Below, piece by piece: positions 1 through 12,700 of a DNA stretch of 26,551 nt. Made by a program: the position numbers and the translations under genes. This DNA comes from a virus (taxonomy: Duplodnaviria > Caudoviricetes), in IMG/VR virus record IMGVR_UViG_3300038315_000539, positions 1 to 26,551 of that record; one strand, given 5' to 3'. Each line of letters begins with the position of its first letter. The stretch's first letter is position 1. The notes beneath the pieces are model-generated. The model was not told the DNA's origin. It worked only from the letters and a program-made list of their open reading frames with translations, and did no database searches.

Positions 1-1
1 T

Positions 2-61
2 AAGCCGATTACGCTCCAAGGGGCAATCGTGGACTTCACGCCATTGGGCGTTAGGAGATAG
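2..61 (+). CDS. 3' end of upstream virion gene (probably tail tubular / head-closure protein), partial
   Basis: Open frame from the window edge reading KPITLQGAIVDFTPLGVRR* (TAG 59-61). Its last codons contain the AGGAG RBS of the next gene. Identity is inferred from position before the GNAT/ejection genes only. Confidence 0.5.
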   Translation, partial: KPITLQGAIVDFTPLGVRR

Positions 62-63
62 GC

Positions 64-1014
64 ATGGTAGATATCAGTAAATATAAAGGCAAAGGACCAG
101 CAGATATTTTTGCTTTAGGGGGCACAGGTCCAGAAGCGAAAGCGGCTTGGCTAGCACAGGATGAGAGTAGATCTGGAAAAGATTTTGGAGACGTAAGCGG
201 CGAATTTAGAAGAGAAGGCAGAAGGTCTGCTACTGGTCAAGAAACCCAGAAGTTTCAGGATTGGACGACAGGCTCTTCAGGTTATACGGATATCTATAGA
301 AAGGGAAAAGCCGGTGAAATAGAAGGTCCAGAGTATGATTTGAAGCAAAGAGGATGGGATGTAGATATACAAGGCTACCCTACAGACTGGAATGTAGTAT
401 ACGAGGATGATCGTATGGCTATTACTCCCAAGGGGGGGAAGACATATTACAAACCTACAGGTGGTGGTGGCGGAGATGGTGATACCACGACAGGTGGTGG
501 CACTGTAGTTACCGGAGTCCAGCCATTTGCCTTATCCACACTCACTGATGAGATGGATTTAAGTAATGCTATAGCAGGTTTGCTTGATCAGAACAGTCCA
601 TTATTTAAGGCGGCAGGGAATGCGGCTATGCAGAGGATGGCTAAACGAGGGTTGGGAATTGTTAATAGCTCCATAGCATTTGGAGAAGTGGAAAGGGCTA
701 TACTTGATGTGGCTATGCCCATCGCTAAAGCAGAAGTTGATAACCTTATAGCCAACTTAAATAAAAATACAGAATGGACAAATGCTGAAAGGAAACAGGC
801 AAATGACTATGTGTTTAAAAAGATGCTTGGTGATATAAATAACGCAGCGACACTTCAGTTAAACCTAATGAAAGAGAGCTCTGCTCTAGCGCAACAGCAG
901 ATAGAAGCATATGGAACTTTGGCTGGCAGGGACGATATAAACTTTCCAAGTCGTTCTGAAAAATTAGCAGAGGTTTTTGAGGGTATGAATCCATTAGCGC
1001 GATACCAATCCTGA
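64..1014 (+). CDS. putative virion / internal virion protein (316 aa)
   Basis: AGGAGA RBS before the ATG; Gly/Thr linker (GGGGGDGDTTTGGG); C-terminal segment LLDQNSPLF...AKRGL..NSSIA...AMPIA resembles a motif I recall from podovirus virion proteins; lies in a tightly packed structural operon. Confidence 0.6.
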   Translation: MVDISKYKGKGPADIFALGGTGPEAKAAWLAQDESRSGKDFGDVSGEFRREGRRSATGQETQKFQDWTTGSSGYTDIYRKGKAGEIEGPEYDLKQRGWDVDIQGYPTDWNVVYEDDRMAITPKGGKTYYKPTGGGGGDGDTTTGGGTVVTGVQPFALSTLTDEMDLSNAIAGLLDQNSPLFKAAGNAAMQRMAKRGLGIVNSSIAFGEVERAILDVAMPIAKAEVDNLIANLNKNTEWTNAERKQANDYVFKKMLGDINNAATLQLNLMKESSALAQQQIEAYGTLAGRDDINFPSRSEKLAEVFEGMNPLARYQS

Positions 1015-1015
1015 G

Positions 1016-1465
1016 TTGATAAGAAAAGCAGAGAATAAGGATATCTCCGGGATCATGGATCTTGTTAAGGAGGCACATAGCAGATCCGTATCCCAGTTTG
1101 TTAAGTTAGATCCTCAAACGATAAGAAAGAATGTGCAGATATGTATTTTATCTGCTGAACATTTTGTTCTGGTAGTTGAATTGGATGGGCAGATAGAAGG
1201 AACATTGATAGGGGTTACCCATCAACTGTGGTATTCAAGAAGGAAACAAGCCACGGATTTATTCTTCTATGTTACAGAGACAGGTACGGGATGGGGCGCT
1301 AAGTTGATGCGTAGGTTTATCAGTTGGGCTAAAGATAATCCCGGAGTAAAAGAAATCATGGTGGGCATTACATCTGGTATTGGCGATGCCGACAGAACTA
1401 AAAGACTTTATGAAAGAATGGGGGCTGTACGAATTGGAGACACATTCGTTGTCCCACAGGAGTAG
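1016..1465 (+). CDS. GNAT-family N-acetyltransferase (149 aa, TTG start)
   Basis: N-terminal IRKA...D motif, FFYV...GTGWGAKLM acetyl-CoA loop variant, C-terminal RLYERMG motif; typical GNAT length. Confidence 0.85.
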   Translation: MIRKAENKDISGIMDLVKEAHSRSVSQFVKLDPQTIRKNVQICILSAEHFVLVVELDGQIEGTLIGVTHQLWYSRRKQATDLFFYVTETGTGWGAKLMRRFISWAKDNPGVKEIMVGITSGIGDADRTKRLYERMGAVRIGDTFVVPQE

Positions 1466-1468
1466 ACT

Positions 1469-2209
1469 ATGGGCGGTATTGTAAAATCAATCGGAAGAGC
1501 CGTAAAGAAAGTAGGCAGAGGCATAAAGAAATTTGTCCGTAAGGTCCTTCCCAAAGTTGTGCTTGCGGCTGCCATATGGGCTGGAGTAGCCATGCTTGGC
1601 GCGGGAGGTATGACTGGTGCGTTCACCAGCGCAACTGGGGCGTTTGACTTTGGGGCTGCAAACTTCATGAAGGGTCTGTCAACCATTGGAACTGCGGCCA
1701 AGGGATTCTTCATGCCCTCTATGGGGCCTCAAATGTCTTTTGCAGACTACAAGGCTGGTGAACTAGAAGGGTTTGAAGGCTTTGGAGACTTTCCATCTGA
1801 CGCGGTTCTTAGAAGACAGTACATGGATACCGTCTCTCAGGGCATGTCAATGGGAGATGCACTCGCCTATATGACCAAGATGAATCTCTTCAGCACTGGT
1901 GTGAAAGCCGCTGCTGGGCTGATGGAGCCCACCGAAGCAGAGAAGCAAGCGAAAGAGTCTGAGAGATTTAGGGCTAATATTCAACAAATTAAAGATGAGG
2001 GGGGATTTGTTACAGGTAAAAGCCCGCTTGATAAATACCGAACAGACATTGGCCTTCAACAGCCATCCGAACCTACCCTTGGGAGGCAACAGGCTAATCT
2101 AATGTCTGGACCTACTCAGACTCAAGTGGCTCAATCTAGGGGAGCCTCTCCTTATCTATCTAGATCACCCGGCTTAATCACTCAAGCGGCCAATAGGAGG
2201 CTAGCGTAA
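1469..2209 (+). CDS. putative DNA ejection / pilot protein (246 aa)
   Basis: CAGGAG RBS; cationic amphipathic N-terminus (MGGIVKSIGRAVKKVGRGIKKFVRKV) followed by a hydrophobic Gly/Ala-rich stretch; directly follows the GNAT gene, as ejection genes do in podoviruses. Confidence 0.6.
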   Translation: MGGIVKSIGRAVKKVGRGIKKFVRKVLPKVVLAAAIWAGVAMLGAGGMTGAFTSATGAFDFGAANFMKGLSTIGTAAKGFFMPSMGPQMSFADYKAGELEGFEGFGDFPSDAVLRRQYMDTVSQGMSMGDALAYMTKMNLFSTGVKAAAGLMEPTEAEKQAKESERFRANIQQIKDEGGFVTGKSPLDKYRTDIGLQQPSEPTLGRQQANLMSGPTQTQVAQSRGASPYLSRSPGLITQAANRRLA

Positions 2210-2859
2210 TGGCAGAAGAAATTATCGAAGAGACAATGACGCTATCTGAAAAGCCTAGCCAGAGACCTAGACCTATCCCACCCGGCAGAACTATACCAGA
2301 CGAATCTCCGGGTGCTTTCCTCAATACAGAGTCGATGCCAGTGGAGCCTGAGTTGGTTGACAACCTTCCTGAACCCACGCCTGAAGAAGAGAACCAGATT
2401 GATATCTTCCTCGGCACCCTAAAGGATTTCATTTGGGATGAGGGTTACAACACCATCGTAGGGAAGTTAAAGAAAGGTCAGGATAATCTTCCAGAAACGA
2501 TTGGTGACATGGCAGGTCGCATGGTCAACAAGGAAGTGAAGGCGGCTGATGCTGCCGAAAACCCAGTCTCTAGAGATATTCTTTTTGGTATTGGAGCCGA
2601 GGTGGTTAATGAGTTATTCGAGGTCGCCTCACATGAGGGGATTTACAAGACTGGTGGCGAGCAACAGCAACAAGCAGATCAGGGTGAAGCCTTGATCAAT
2701 GCAGTAGAGAAGTATGGGAACATGGGTGACCCGCAGATGAACCCACAAGGACTAATGAAGATGGCGTCCAACGCTTTAAGTGGAGGCTATCCAGAAGAAG
2801 AAATGGTAAGTAAGATGGGGATGCCTGTCTTGCCAGAAATAGGAGGAGCAAATGCCTAA
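2209..2859 (+). CDS. hypothetical virion-module protein (216 aa, acidic)
   Basis: AGGAGG RBS, TAATG coupling with the upstream gene, acidic helical composition. Confidence 0.7.
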   Translation: MAEEIIEETMTLSEKPSQRPRPIPPGRTIPDESPGAFLNTESMPVEPELVDNLPEPTPEEENQIDIFLGTLKDFIWDEGYNTIVGKLKKGQDNLPETIGDMAGRMVNKEVKAADAAENPVSRDILFGIGAEVVNELFEVASHEGIYKTGGEQQQQADQGEALINAVEKYGNMGDPQMNPQGLMKMASNALSGGYPEEEMVSKMGMPVLPEIGGANA

Positions 2860-3769
2860 CTGGTCTAAAGGATTAGGAGCACTTGGAGAAGGGTTACTCC
2901 GTCAACAGGCAATAGGCGGGGTGATGTATGAGCAAGCCGCCGCTAAAGAATCGGCTAGAATCTCTGGCGCTATAAAGCAGGAAGAGCAACAGATCGAAGC
3001 CCTTACAGCGAGGTATTCACAGGCGGCTGAGATAGCGCAAGCGGCGAATGAGGCTTCATTGGCGAGCCCTCCCGGATACAATGACAAGGGGGTGATGATA
3101 TCAGGTGCGGCTGAATTTGAAATGGCTTCAAGATCAATGGCTCAGGCAAAATCTGCATGGAATGATCTGGCCAGACGCACAGGCATGGAGATAAAGGACG
3201 TTCCTGTGGACTATGAACCCACGGCTAATCTTATTATATCCAGTCTTAGGAAAGATCAAAAGGGAACTTTACGCCTCCTTATAAAGGAGGCGCAGTCCGG
3301 AAAGATATCTGGTACTGCTAGAACTACTATTAATAACCTCACGAAAAATATTTCTGGGGCTGACACTAAGAAAGGAGTGCAAGATGCTCTCATAGCGCAG
3401 CTAAAAACAATGGATGCAGATGATATTCCCACGGGCCTAGCGGAGGGTTATGGTAAATTTCCACGCACAGGAAAATCAGCGCTGCCGGAGTACTTGGGGT
3501 TGTTTGGAGACGTGGGTGCATCGCTTATGAATTATCCCGGTCAAGTAATAGGGTCGGCTCAACAATGGTGGACAGGGGAACAGACACCTCCTCCATTGCA
3601 GATTAATGATCCTTTCATGGGTAGAGAGTGGTGGAGGGGAGCCTTTGGCGACCCTGAAAGCAGATATGGAGGAGAAGGGATGAGTTTAAATCCATTTAAA
3701 GGACTAATTACTACAGCGGAGGAAGCGGAAGCAAGGGCTAACCAACGGCAGCGTGGCGCGAGGAAATAA
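2852..3769 (+). CDS. putative internal virion / ejection protein (305 aa)
   Basis: AGGAGG RBS, overlaps the upstream stop; N-terminal GLGALGEGL and Ala/Gln-rich helical region; directly precedes the giant gene. Confidence 0.6.
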   Translation: MPNWSKGLGALGEGLLRQQAIGGVMYEQAAAKESARISGAIKQEEQQIEALTARYSQAAEIAQAANEASLASPPGYNDKGVMISGAAEFEMASRSMAQAKSAWNDLARRTGMEIKDVPVDYEPTANLIISSLRKDQKGTLRLLIKEAQSGKISGTARTTINNLTKNISGADTKKGVQDALIAQLKTMDADDIPTGLAEGYGKFPRTGKSALPEYLGLFGDVGASLMNYPGQVIGSAQQWWTGEQTPPPLQINDPFMGREWWRGAFGDPESRYGGEGMSLNPFKGLITTAEEAEARANQRQRGARK

Positions 3770-3772
3770 CGA

Positions 3773-6700
3773 ATGGCTTTTGCCGCAACCCCATTAAGCC
3801 CGCTGTATGAAATGCCAGCGATTACTCCACAGGCCGCTGGGTCTGTCACGGGAGACCTTGGCCTTTCGTGGCAAATAGGAAAGGAACAACTAAAGGGCGC
3901 CCCTGCTTGGATGCACGGTGCCGGAGCTTCCCTGCTTGAGAAGGCTGGTTTTGAAGATGCCGCTAGAGGTCATCGGTTCGCCGCTTTAAACATAGCGACG
4001 GAGATGTATGAGAATATAGGGGCTCTTGAGTCTCTGTATAGTGGACCGCACAGTTGGCAAGAAGCCACAGAGCAAGGGACGATAGGTTCTTATGCCTTGT
4101 GGGGGATCAATGAGGCAGTCAAGCAGACCCCAACCCTAGCCCTCCAGATCATGGGTGCATTAGCCAGTGGAGGTGTGGGATCTGTGCTTGGAAGGTTTGC
4201 CCTTGGAAGAGCCGTTGGACTCGTTCCGGGAAAGGCTGGTCGAAGAGCCACCATAGCAGGAGTGGGATTGACAAGCGCCCTACTCAATACAGGCGAGATA
4301 TATTCCAGCGCCTTGATGGACAGTGGAGAGAACAACCCAGTAGTCACAGGGCTAGCCGGACTCTTGGCTGGCTCTATAGACATGTGGCCGGGATCAAAAG
4401 TTGTCAGGGCAATGGGAAGAAGTGAAGATCTCGGAAGCTACATTGCCAATCAGTTCCTTCGAGATAAGAAAAAGTTATCAAGGTTCTACAGAGTCCTTGA
4501 GTTGGGTGTCACTGAGGGATTCGTAGAGGACATCCAGACAGTTATTGAAGCGGCCACGGTTAATTACCTAAATGATAATGACCTTGCCCGTGAGTATGTA
4601 GACTACGCTTATGGCTTAGTTCCGATCACCGCTGAACAGGTGGCGGAGAGAATGGAAGCTCGTGCCGCAGGCGGTCTATTAGGCGGTCTCCTTGGTATTC
4701 CGGGACGCACCTCCATAAGAGTTAGGCCTAAACAAACGATTACCACAGAAGATCTTCAAGAGATAGATGATCAGTTGGTCTACTCTCTTGAGCAATACGA
4801 GCGCTACAAGCCTACACCAGATTTAGTTAATCCGTTTGCAACAACAATAAACGGAGCACCCCTCGATGCTACTACTCAGGAAGCATCACAGATTGTACCC
4901 CCCGTTACAACCCCCCAAACCAAAGCACAGAAGGACGCAGCTAAGAATTTGCGTCGTGAACAAGAAGAACTAGCCGCATTGAGGGCGTCATTAGGCGTGG
5001 TCGATACAGGTGCGCCTACTCAAGAAGCAGAAACCTATCAGGCTATAGAGGAAGCGGCTGCAGAAGTAACAGGAGCGAGAACTCCACCACCTCCAACAGT
5101 TGAGGCGGATGTGCGTACATATCTTGGGGACTACGCTGACACTATCCTAGCCACCGAAGCTGAATGGGATTCCATTCATCAGGCTGCCCTAGATAGGCAA
5201 GAATACAATTCTATAGCGTCAGAAGTTTTGAATGATGCTCTCGCGGGAAGGCTGGGTGAGTTAGAAGCAGAAGATACACGGCAGATTCAGAATTCTTTAG
5301 ATGATTGGACATCAGAGATATTAGCTGACGGTTATGTTGCGCTCGCCATTGACGAGAAGACTGGAATCCCATCGAGGAATGATCTAAAAGGCTTGTTGAA
5401 TGAGGCTGGCTTTACCACTGAAAGATTAAGAGCGATTGGTCATGTGGGCGGATTGGGCGCTACAGCTAAAGTCCTTAATGATACTGTTATCCAGTATGCA
5501 GGAGAGGCACGAATACAAGAAGCCAGAAGAGAGGCCGCTCGTGTAGCCCAACTTGAGGCTGATCAGATGGCGGCTGAAGAGAAGGCCAAGAACAATGCAA
5601 GGCTAAAGGCATACTTTTCTCCCATCATGGCTATGGTCAGAAGGCAGGGAAATCAGAAAGATAGAGAGTGGCTTGAGCGCGTCATGACTTATCGAACTGC
5701 TCTTGGGGAAGAAGAAAGATTGGAAGCCAGAAGAAGGCTGGCCGAATCAAGAACAGCAGAAGAAAGAGAAAAACGTTTCCCCGGAGTGGGAAGACGTAGA
5801 GGAGAGAGGGCTACACTTGGATTCCCAGTTGAAGAAGTAGAAGGAGTTAAGGTTAGGACAGGGAGAGCAGGTCGTGTTGTGGGAAGAAGAGTTGCCGCTG
5901 TTGGCCCCGGTGAGGTGGTGGGTGAAGTCACCATGCGCAAGGGGAAGAAGCCAGTAAGAGCGGGTAAGAAAGGAAAGGGAAGAATCTTACAGCGAGGTGA
6001 ATACAAGGTTCCTGTTCGGCGCCCCACTGAACCAGTCGTTGCCTTCGATGTAAGGAAAAGAATTGAAGAAGCAACGAAGGCTGTTGATGATGCCGAGAAG
6101 GCTGCAATGGAATTTGTTAATGAGCTTGGGATACTTCAGTTCCAACAGACAGCAGAGTATTACAACCTTATAATAAATGCCTTTGATGAGAGCGAGGTAG
6201 GAGGAAACTTTCCTCGTGGCTCTGTCAAGGTAATGTTGGCAGAGCAGGTAAGACTCTTAAAGAATGAGATGGCAACTGCTGGGGCAAAAAGAAAAGAAGT
6301 GATTGCTTCTCAGTTGGCTGACCTTGAAGGTGTATCTAAAACATTAGAAAAGGATGTGGAAGTTTATTCCAAAGTTCCCGGAGACATTTGGTATGACCTA
6401 GACTTCTTTGAAAAGTCTGTATATTATGTGAAAGGCACTGGTCACGAAACCGTTCAGATGATTAAGAAAGCGATAGCGGATAGGACTGGGAGAAAGCCTG
6501 AAGATATTAAGTCGGTGTCTTTGTCTGGAAACTATGTAGTTCACGAAAGACCTAAACACGCAAAAGTTCTTCGCGTGAAGACCGAAAAGAAAAAGATAGG
6601 CAATCGTACATTTGAAGCAATTGTTTTAGATGACAAGGGGTTTGCTGTTTATTCTTTGGAAGATGCAAAGCCTCATGAGAGAACCACTCTTCCCGCGAGG

Positions 6701-9700
6701 CTCATCGCTTACGATGGCAATGATCAAGTCATTGGCGAGCAGATGATTGATGATAAAAGAAATTATCAATTGATAGGTGAACTGTCTGCTTTGAAAACTA
6801 TTGCTGGGAAAGGAGAGTATCCATCTGTAGAAGAGTTACATCAGGTAGCAAAGAATCTACAGGTCAAGACAAAGTTCTTGGGCGTCCTTACTGTTGGCGG
6901 TCGCGCTAAGTTTTTTGAATTGGGCGCATTGGATCTTCCAAGAGATGAACTTAAAAATGTAGACTGGTATGCAGTGTCCACGGAAAAGAAAACAGATGAG
7001 GTAACAGAGGAAGGGGTTCTCCAAAGAGACAACCACGTTAGGCTTAGTATGGTGCCTGAGTTATATGAGAGCATGTTGGCGGTAGGGATGCAAGCCAAAC
7101 AGGCACAGAACGCTACGATTGTCGAGTTGATACAGATTGCAAAAGAAGAGGCTCAGGCCAAGCAAGAGTATCTTTACTTGTTAAACCCTAACATCACAGA
7201 CGCACAACTTAAAAAGGAAGGGGCGTTCTTTGATGTGGACATGGAACAGAATTTAGAGAAGCTTGTAATAGAGAATTGGCCAGCATTGATGGATGGAGAA
7301 GTAGAAGTTAAACCTCTCGGAGATAAACAGACCAACCAACAAATTTATGAGAGCCTTAGAAAGTCTCAGAGTTTTGGTTCAAGAATTATGGGTCAGGCCT
7401 ATTACGAAGACCAGACGGATTTTTATGCCCGCATGTCCACCCCCCCTCAGAGGCGAGGCGGTGTGGCAATAGGGACGAAGGTTGTAGTCACACCAAAAAT
7501 ATTAAAACCTATTCTTGGCGCTGGTTCCTCTCAGTCCAGTAGCATTCTAGAATCTAACGTCAGAAGAACAAGCGATAGAATGCATACAGCGCGAGTGAGG
7601 TGGCTCAGTAATCAACGGATCAGAGAGGAGCTTGATCCTATTGTTAAACGTTTGGAGGCTGGTCCTCAAAATTTTGAACAGATTCGCAACAAGCTGAAAG
7701 AGGTCAAGGGAAAGAGGAATGAAGCGGTCAGACTTGAAAGGCTTCATAAAGAAGAGTACGCAGAACTTCAATCGCAGATGGAGAGAGAGGTGGGTAATAT
7801 TCTGGATCAAGAATACACCATCAAGGAAGTTTTGGATGGACCAAAATATGTTATAAATGGATGGACTCTTAGTCCCGGTGAGTTCATTGTTAAAAGATAT
7901 TCCGAAGCAGGGGTAGTAAGGTCTAGACTGTCAGAAGAATATAACATTAACAGGAAAGCCAGAGACCTAGCGGAAGCGAGACAAAGAACTAGAGCGAGAG
8001 GTGACACGCCCAAAGGGCTTCTCTCTGCTATTGTAGATCCAAAAGAGCGGGGGTTAGAGAAAGCTAAACGAGACAGGCAGTTTTTAAAATCTATTGGGGG
8101 TCGAAAACAGGCAGACAAAAAAGCAAGTCAGATGCCCGCTGTCCCAATCACCAGCATGATTGAAGAGGTGAGGAATGATATTGAGACTGCCCTTGCTAAC
8201 GCTAAGAAAGCGTATGACACCAAGGAAGATTTTACTTTGGATCAGTACGAAAAGGAGAAGGCAAAGATACTAGGGAGTCGGTTGGAAAGAATTTTCCAGA
8301 AACTTCTTGATGCTGGCCTGATATCTAAAACAAGATTTAACAGGGTTGCCAAGAGAGAGAAAAGACTCATCAGTCATCGGCTAAAGCGCGCCAGACTTTA
8401 TAAAGAGTTCCAAGAAGATAAGGACTTTCTGAGTATTGGGAGTTTGCAAGATGTAGATGGTAATTGGAAATCTCTTAGTGAAGTTAAAGACCAATTGTTT
8501 GAGGTGGGTGTTGCTTTAAATGTTCCTATCAAAGGAATAAAATTTAAAAAGGGAATGCTTCGTGTGTCTCCTAGCATTGGTTACAGGGCGTTAAAAGCGA
8601 GACATGATGAGCTTGCCGAGATAATAGACGAGAGGCCAACCCCACCCACTCAGGTCGTTGAAGAAGAGACGCGACCAATTATGGATTTAAAAAAGCCTTG
8701 GAGGTTTTTCCAGACTGAGGATAGACCGAAGGTTGGAGCCAGACTAAATAAGATTGGTGGTTACATGATGGGGGTGAGCAGGTTTGATGATGTCTCTCCT
8801 GTCGCTCGATGGAAGAATGAGTTCGGTACAATCATAGACAAGATTGAATTCACTAGGGACGACCAGACGTTTACACTGTACGAGGCACTCGACCCATACT
8901 TCCCCAACAACTACACCCGATATAATTCCTTAGAGGAGGCGAAGAGAGCCTTTGACTCCCGTTATTATAAAGCCAAGGCCGGAGTCGCCGCAGGTGATAA
9001 GGTTGTTCCTTCTCAGTATGAAGGGAGGCTGAAGTACATAAAAGGAGTGAAGCAGAAAGGCAGGGCAACAGGCCCCACCCCTCGGCAAGGTGTCACGACT
9101 GCCGGAGTGATGTCAGAAGTTGAAGCAGAAAAATTAGAAAGAGGGGAGGAGTTTGCTGGTGCAGTTCCTTCTGATGTGCCGGGGTATAGACGCCCAGAGG
9201 AAAAGAAAGCCCGCGAGACTAAAGTTGTTACATCGACGAGCTGGCAACAAGGCTACATTGATCAATACTGGCCTTCGGCGAGACGCCTACTTGAGAGGAT
9301 TCATAAAGTTCCACGATCATTCGTTGATCAAAGAGGAGTTCTCTGGATGAAGGTAGGCCGAGAGGGTAAGGGGCCTGACTTTAGGCGTAGATTTACAGGC
9401 TGGGTTCCGGACATTAGACCTAGAGCCAGTGATGAAATATTGAAGTCTTTGGTTCTTGAGGGCGAGTACACTGAAGGGGCGATGCCCCATCTGATCCTAG
9501 CCAAGGACAATCTAGGCGGCTCTACCCGCGATGAAGTAATGGAGCGAGTGCAGGAGGCCTTCGGCAGGCAGGTTCTTAACATAGTTAGAGTCGTGCAGTC
9601 TCAGGATCAACTGCCCATCAATCTCCGAGTGGAGGATGGGGTCAGAGGCATCACAAGTCGTAGCCAGATTTGGCTCGTTGCTGACAACCTTCCCGACAAC

Positions 9701-12700
9701 AGGATAGTTCCTGTGGTCCTACATGAAATGGGATCGCATGGGTTGCAGGCTATCATGGGTAAGAAGTTTTACCAGAAGCTCATGGCTCAGGTTGCTCACC
9801 TTGCAGAGACAGATCCTTACATCGCAGACATATATAAAACCCTTAAAGAAGGAAAGATGAAGGGAGAGCGAGAGGCTCTCATCATAGAAGAGACGATGGC
9901 TTACGTGGTAGAGAATGAAGCCATGCGTAACAATGCATTCTGGAGATCCCTGATAGATGCCATCCTCTATGGCCTAGCCCGACTAAAGATGGTGCTCAAT
10001 CCTAAGTGGATTGGCGCGGGCGATCTACTCGTGCTTGCTAAAGCCTCTGCCAAGGCTCATGCTGCCGCAGCCAAGAACAAGGAGGCTGTGTTCGTAGCCA
10101 ACTTTCTGAATGCGCCACTCTATTCGTTCTCTGACATCTTCAACTGGAAGGTGGATGAGAATGACTATGCCTCTGGCATCGTAACTGAACTAGGGGAAAC
10201 TCTAGAGCCTCATCAGACTCAAGGCTTCTGGCAGGATTGGATGGAGAAGGACATGCCACTTCCTGATCATTGGTGGGAGAACTTTCTAGTTATCCGTCAG
10301 ATTGGGGCTAAAGCAGATAAGCCACCTGTTCCCGGTATCAGAGTTAGAAAGCTGGGAGGGCTGAGATTCCAGATGTGGCCCGGTGAGAATATAGTTAAAT
10401 GGATCAGTAACTATTTTATTGTAATCCAGAGGATGGAGAAGGCAATAGAACAGCGCGGCGGAAAGATAGACGAGAGCATGATGCCCTCATTGTTCCACGG
10501 AGGCTACAAGAATAGAGTCAACTTCCTGCGTCGCCAGTTTCACAGGGCTGACGTACACGAACTGCGTGAGTTCATGCGTGAACATAAAATAAGTGGGACA
10601 GATCTACACACTTACCTCTACGCTACTCATGCTCCCTTTCGTAATCTATTATTTAAGGCCAAGGCCAAAGCGAGGAAGGTAGAGCATGCGTCTGGTATAA
10701 GTAACGAAGCCGCTGCTCTAATGATTAGGACGCTCCAAGAAAACTTAACCAAAGAAGAGTATACCAATCTAACCAAGGCCGCTAATATCGTTTATAAAAT
10801 CAATCAGAGGAGGCAGGAGTATCTATTGCAGGAAGGACTGATTGATGAGGAAACTTTAGAGACTTGGAATAAGAACGAAAACTTCAAGAGAACTTACGTT
10901 CCATTGCGTGGCATTACTGACGTGGTGAATAATGACTTCTTTGAAGAGCCCCTCGCTCCGGGCAAGTTAGGCATCAGGGGTTATGAATCTAAGGCAGTTG
11001 GAGGAAGAACCAGTCCAGCAGAGAACACATGGGCGTGGTCTATCATGCAGATGGATCATGCATTTGATCGGGCAGAGAAGAACAAAGTAGTTAAGTCTTT
11101 TGCCAGACTGATCTTGAACAATGAAGATGACTTCAAGAATGACATGATTGTTGTCAGTCGTGAGCAATTCAAGAAGGGTGTTGACCCCGCAACTGGTGGG
11201 CTATTCTTAACTGGTGAGAACATACGTGGGCTTCATCCAGAGAATGCGTCAGACCCAGCGCATAACATAGGCTTCAAAGATAATGGTAAGGAGTGGGTTA
11301 TTGTAGTGCGGGACAAGAGGATAGGTGAGGCTTTTAACCGAACCAACATGAGTGACTCTGGTGTCATCATGCAGTGGTTCTCTAATGTCAACCGATTCTT
11401 CAGCGCCATCCACACCTCCCTCAGTCCTGAGTTTGTTCTCGTTAACTTTGTTCGAGACTTTCAGACCGCAATGATCAACTTGCAGAGTGACAAGCAGACC
11501 ATCGCTCAGTTGAAAGACGTGGAAGGATTGTCCAAGCAGGTGATGAAGGACGTAAAGAATGCAGCCATAGGTTTGAAAGAGTTCATCCGTGAGAACAAAA
11601 CGGATACTGAATGGTCTGATCTGGCTAGAGAATTCTCAGCAGAGGGTGGACGAATTGACTTCTTTGGATTCAGAGATGCCCGTGACTTTGAGAAAAATCT
11701 TAATGATTACATCAAGGATACCACAGCGGCAGGAGCTCGACGTTGGAAGAACCGGATGCTTGAGTTCGTTGGTGAATACAACGCAGTCTTTGAGAATACC
11801 ATGCGCCTCTCCACTTACAAGAATGTGCGTGATGCTTTTATATCTAATGGCATGGCAGAGGCTGACGCCAAGAGACGTGCCGCTGACGTAGCCAGAAACC
11901 TGACGGTCAACTTCTCCCAGAAGGGAGAGAAGACGCAAGCACTCAACTCCCTCTACCTATTCTTTAATGCATCGGTTCAGGGTACTGTGCGTATGTTTCA
12001 GGCGATGCTCAGGAGACCTCCGGGTCAGCGAGGCATGACTCGTGTGCAGAAGATCATGAGTAGCATTGCCCTGTTCGGCTTTGCTCAGGGAATCATCAAC
12101 TCCCTACTAGCAGGTGATGACGAGGATGGAATCAATCGCTACCGCCAAGTAGATCTCAAGACCAGAGAGAGACAGGCTCACATTTACCTTCCGGGGTTTG
12201 ACGTGTTCATTAAGATCCCTCTCCCCTACGGATACAATATACCCTACGCTATCGGAGACTCCTTGGCCGCTCTAATGATGGGTCACACCACAGGACCAAA
12301 GGCGGCATCACATCTGTTCTCCACCACGGTGGATTCATTCCTTCCATTCTCGTGGGGAGGCAGTGACAATCTGCTCATAAGTTCTGCCAAGACCATCTCG
12401 CCAACACTCTTTGATCCACTCATAGACTTGGCAGTGAACGAGAGTTACTTCGGTCAACCCATTTATAAGGAAGCCCCCTACGGCTCCGCAGACCCCCCCT
12501 CAGAGCGATACTGGTCTTCGACAGCCGCGCCATTTAAATCTGTCTCTCGTTTCATCAACGCGATTACAGGGGGCTCTCAGGTCAAAGCTGGGTGGGCAAG
12601 TATCCCGCCGGATATATTTGAGCACATCTGGGAGACTACAGTGGGTAGTGCCGGTAGATTTGTGACTAAGACCACCAACCTAGCGTGGTCGATTGGTCCG

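Noticed and set aside
815-11938. Minus-strand ORFs of 60-112 aa opposite the virion genes (e.g. 1408-1713, 4090-4383, 5689-6027, 7807-8118, 11636-11938)
   Set aside because: Antisense shadows of long coupled genes; no recognisable motifs.
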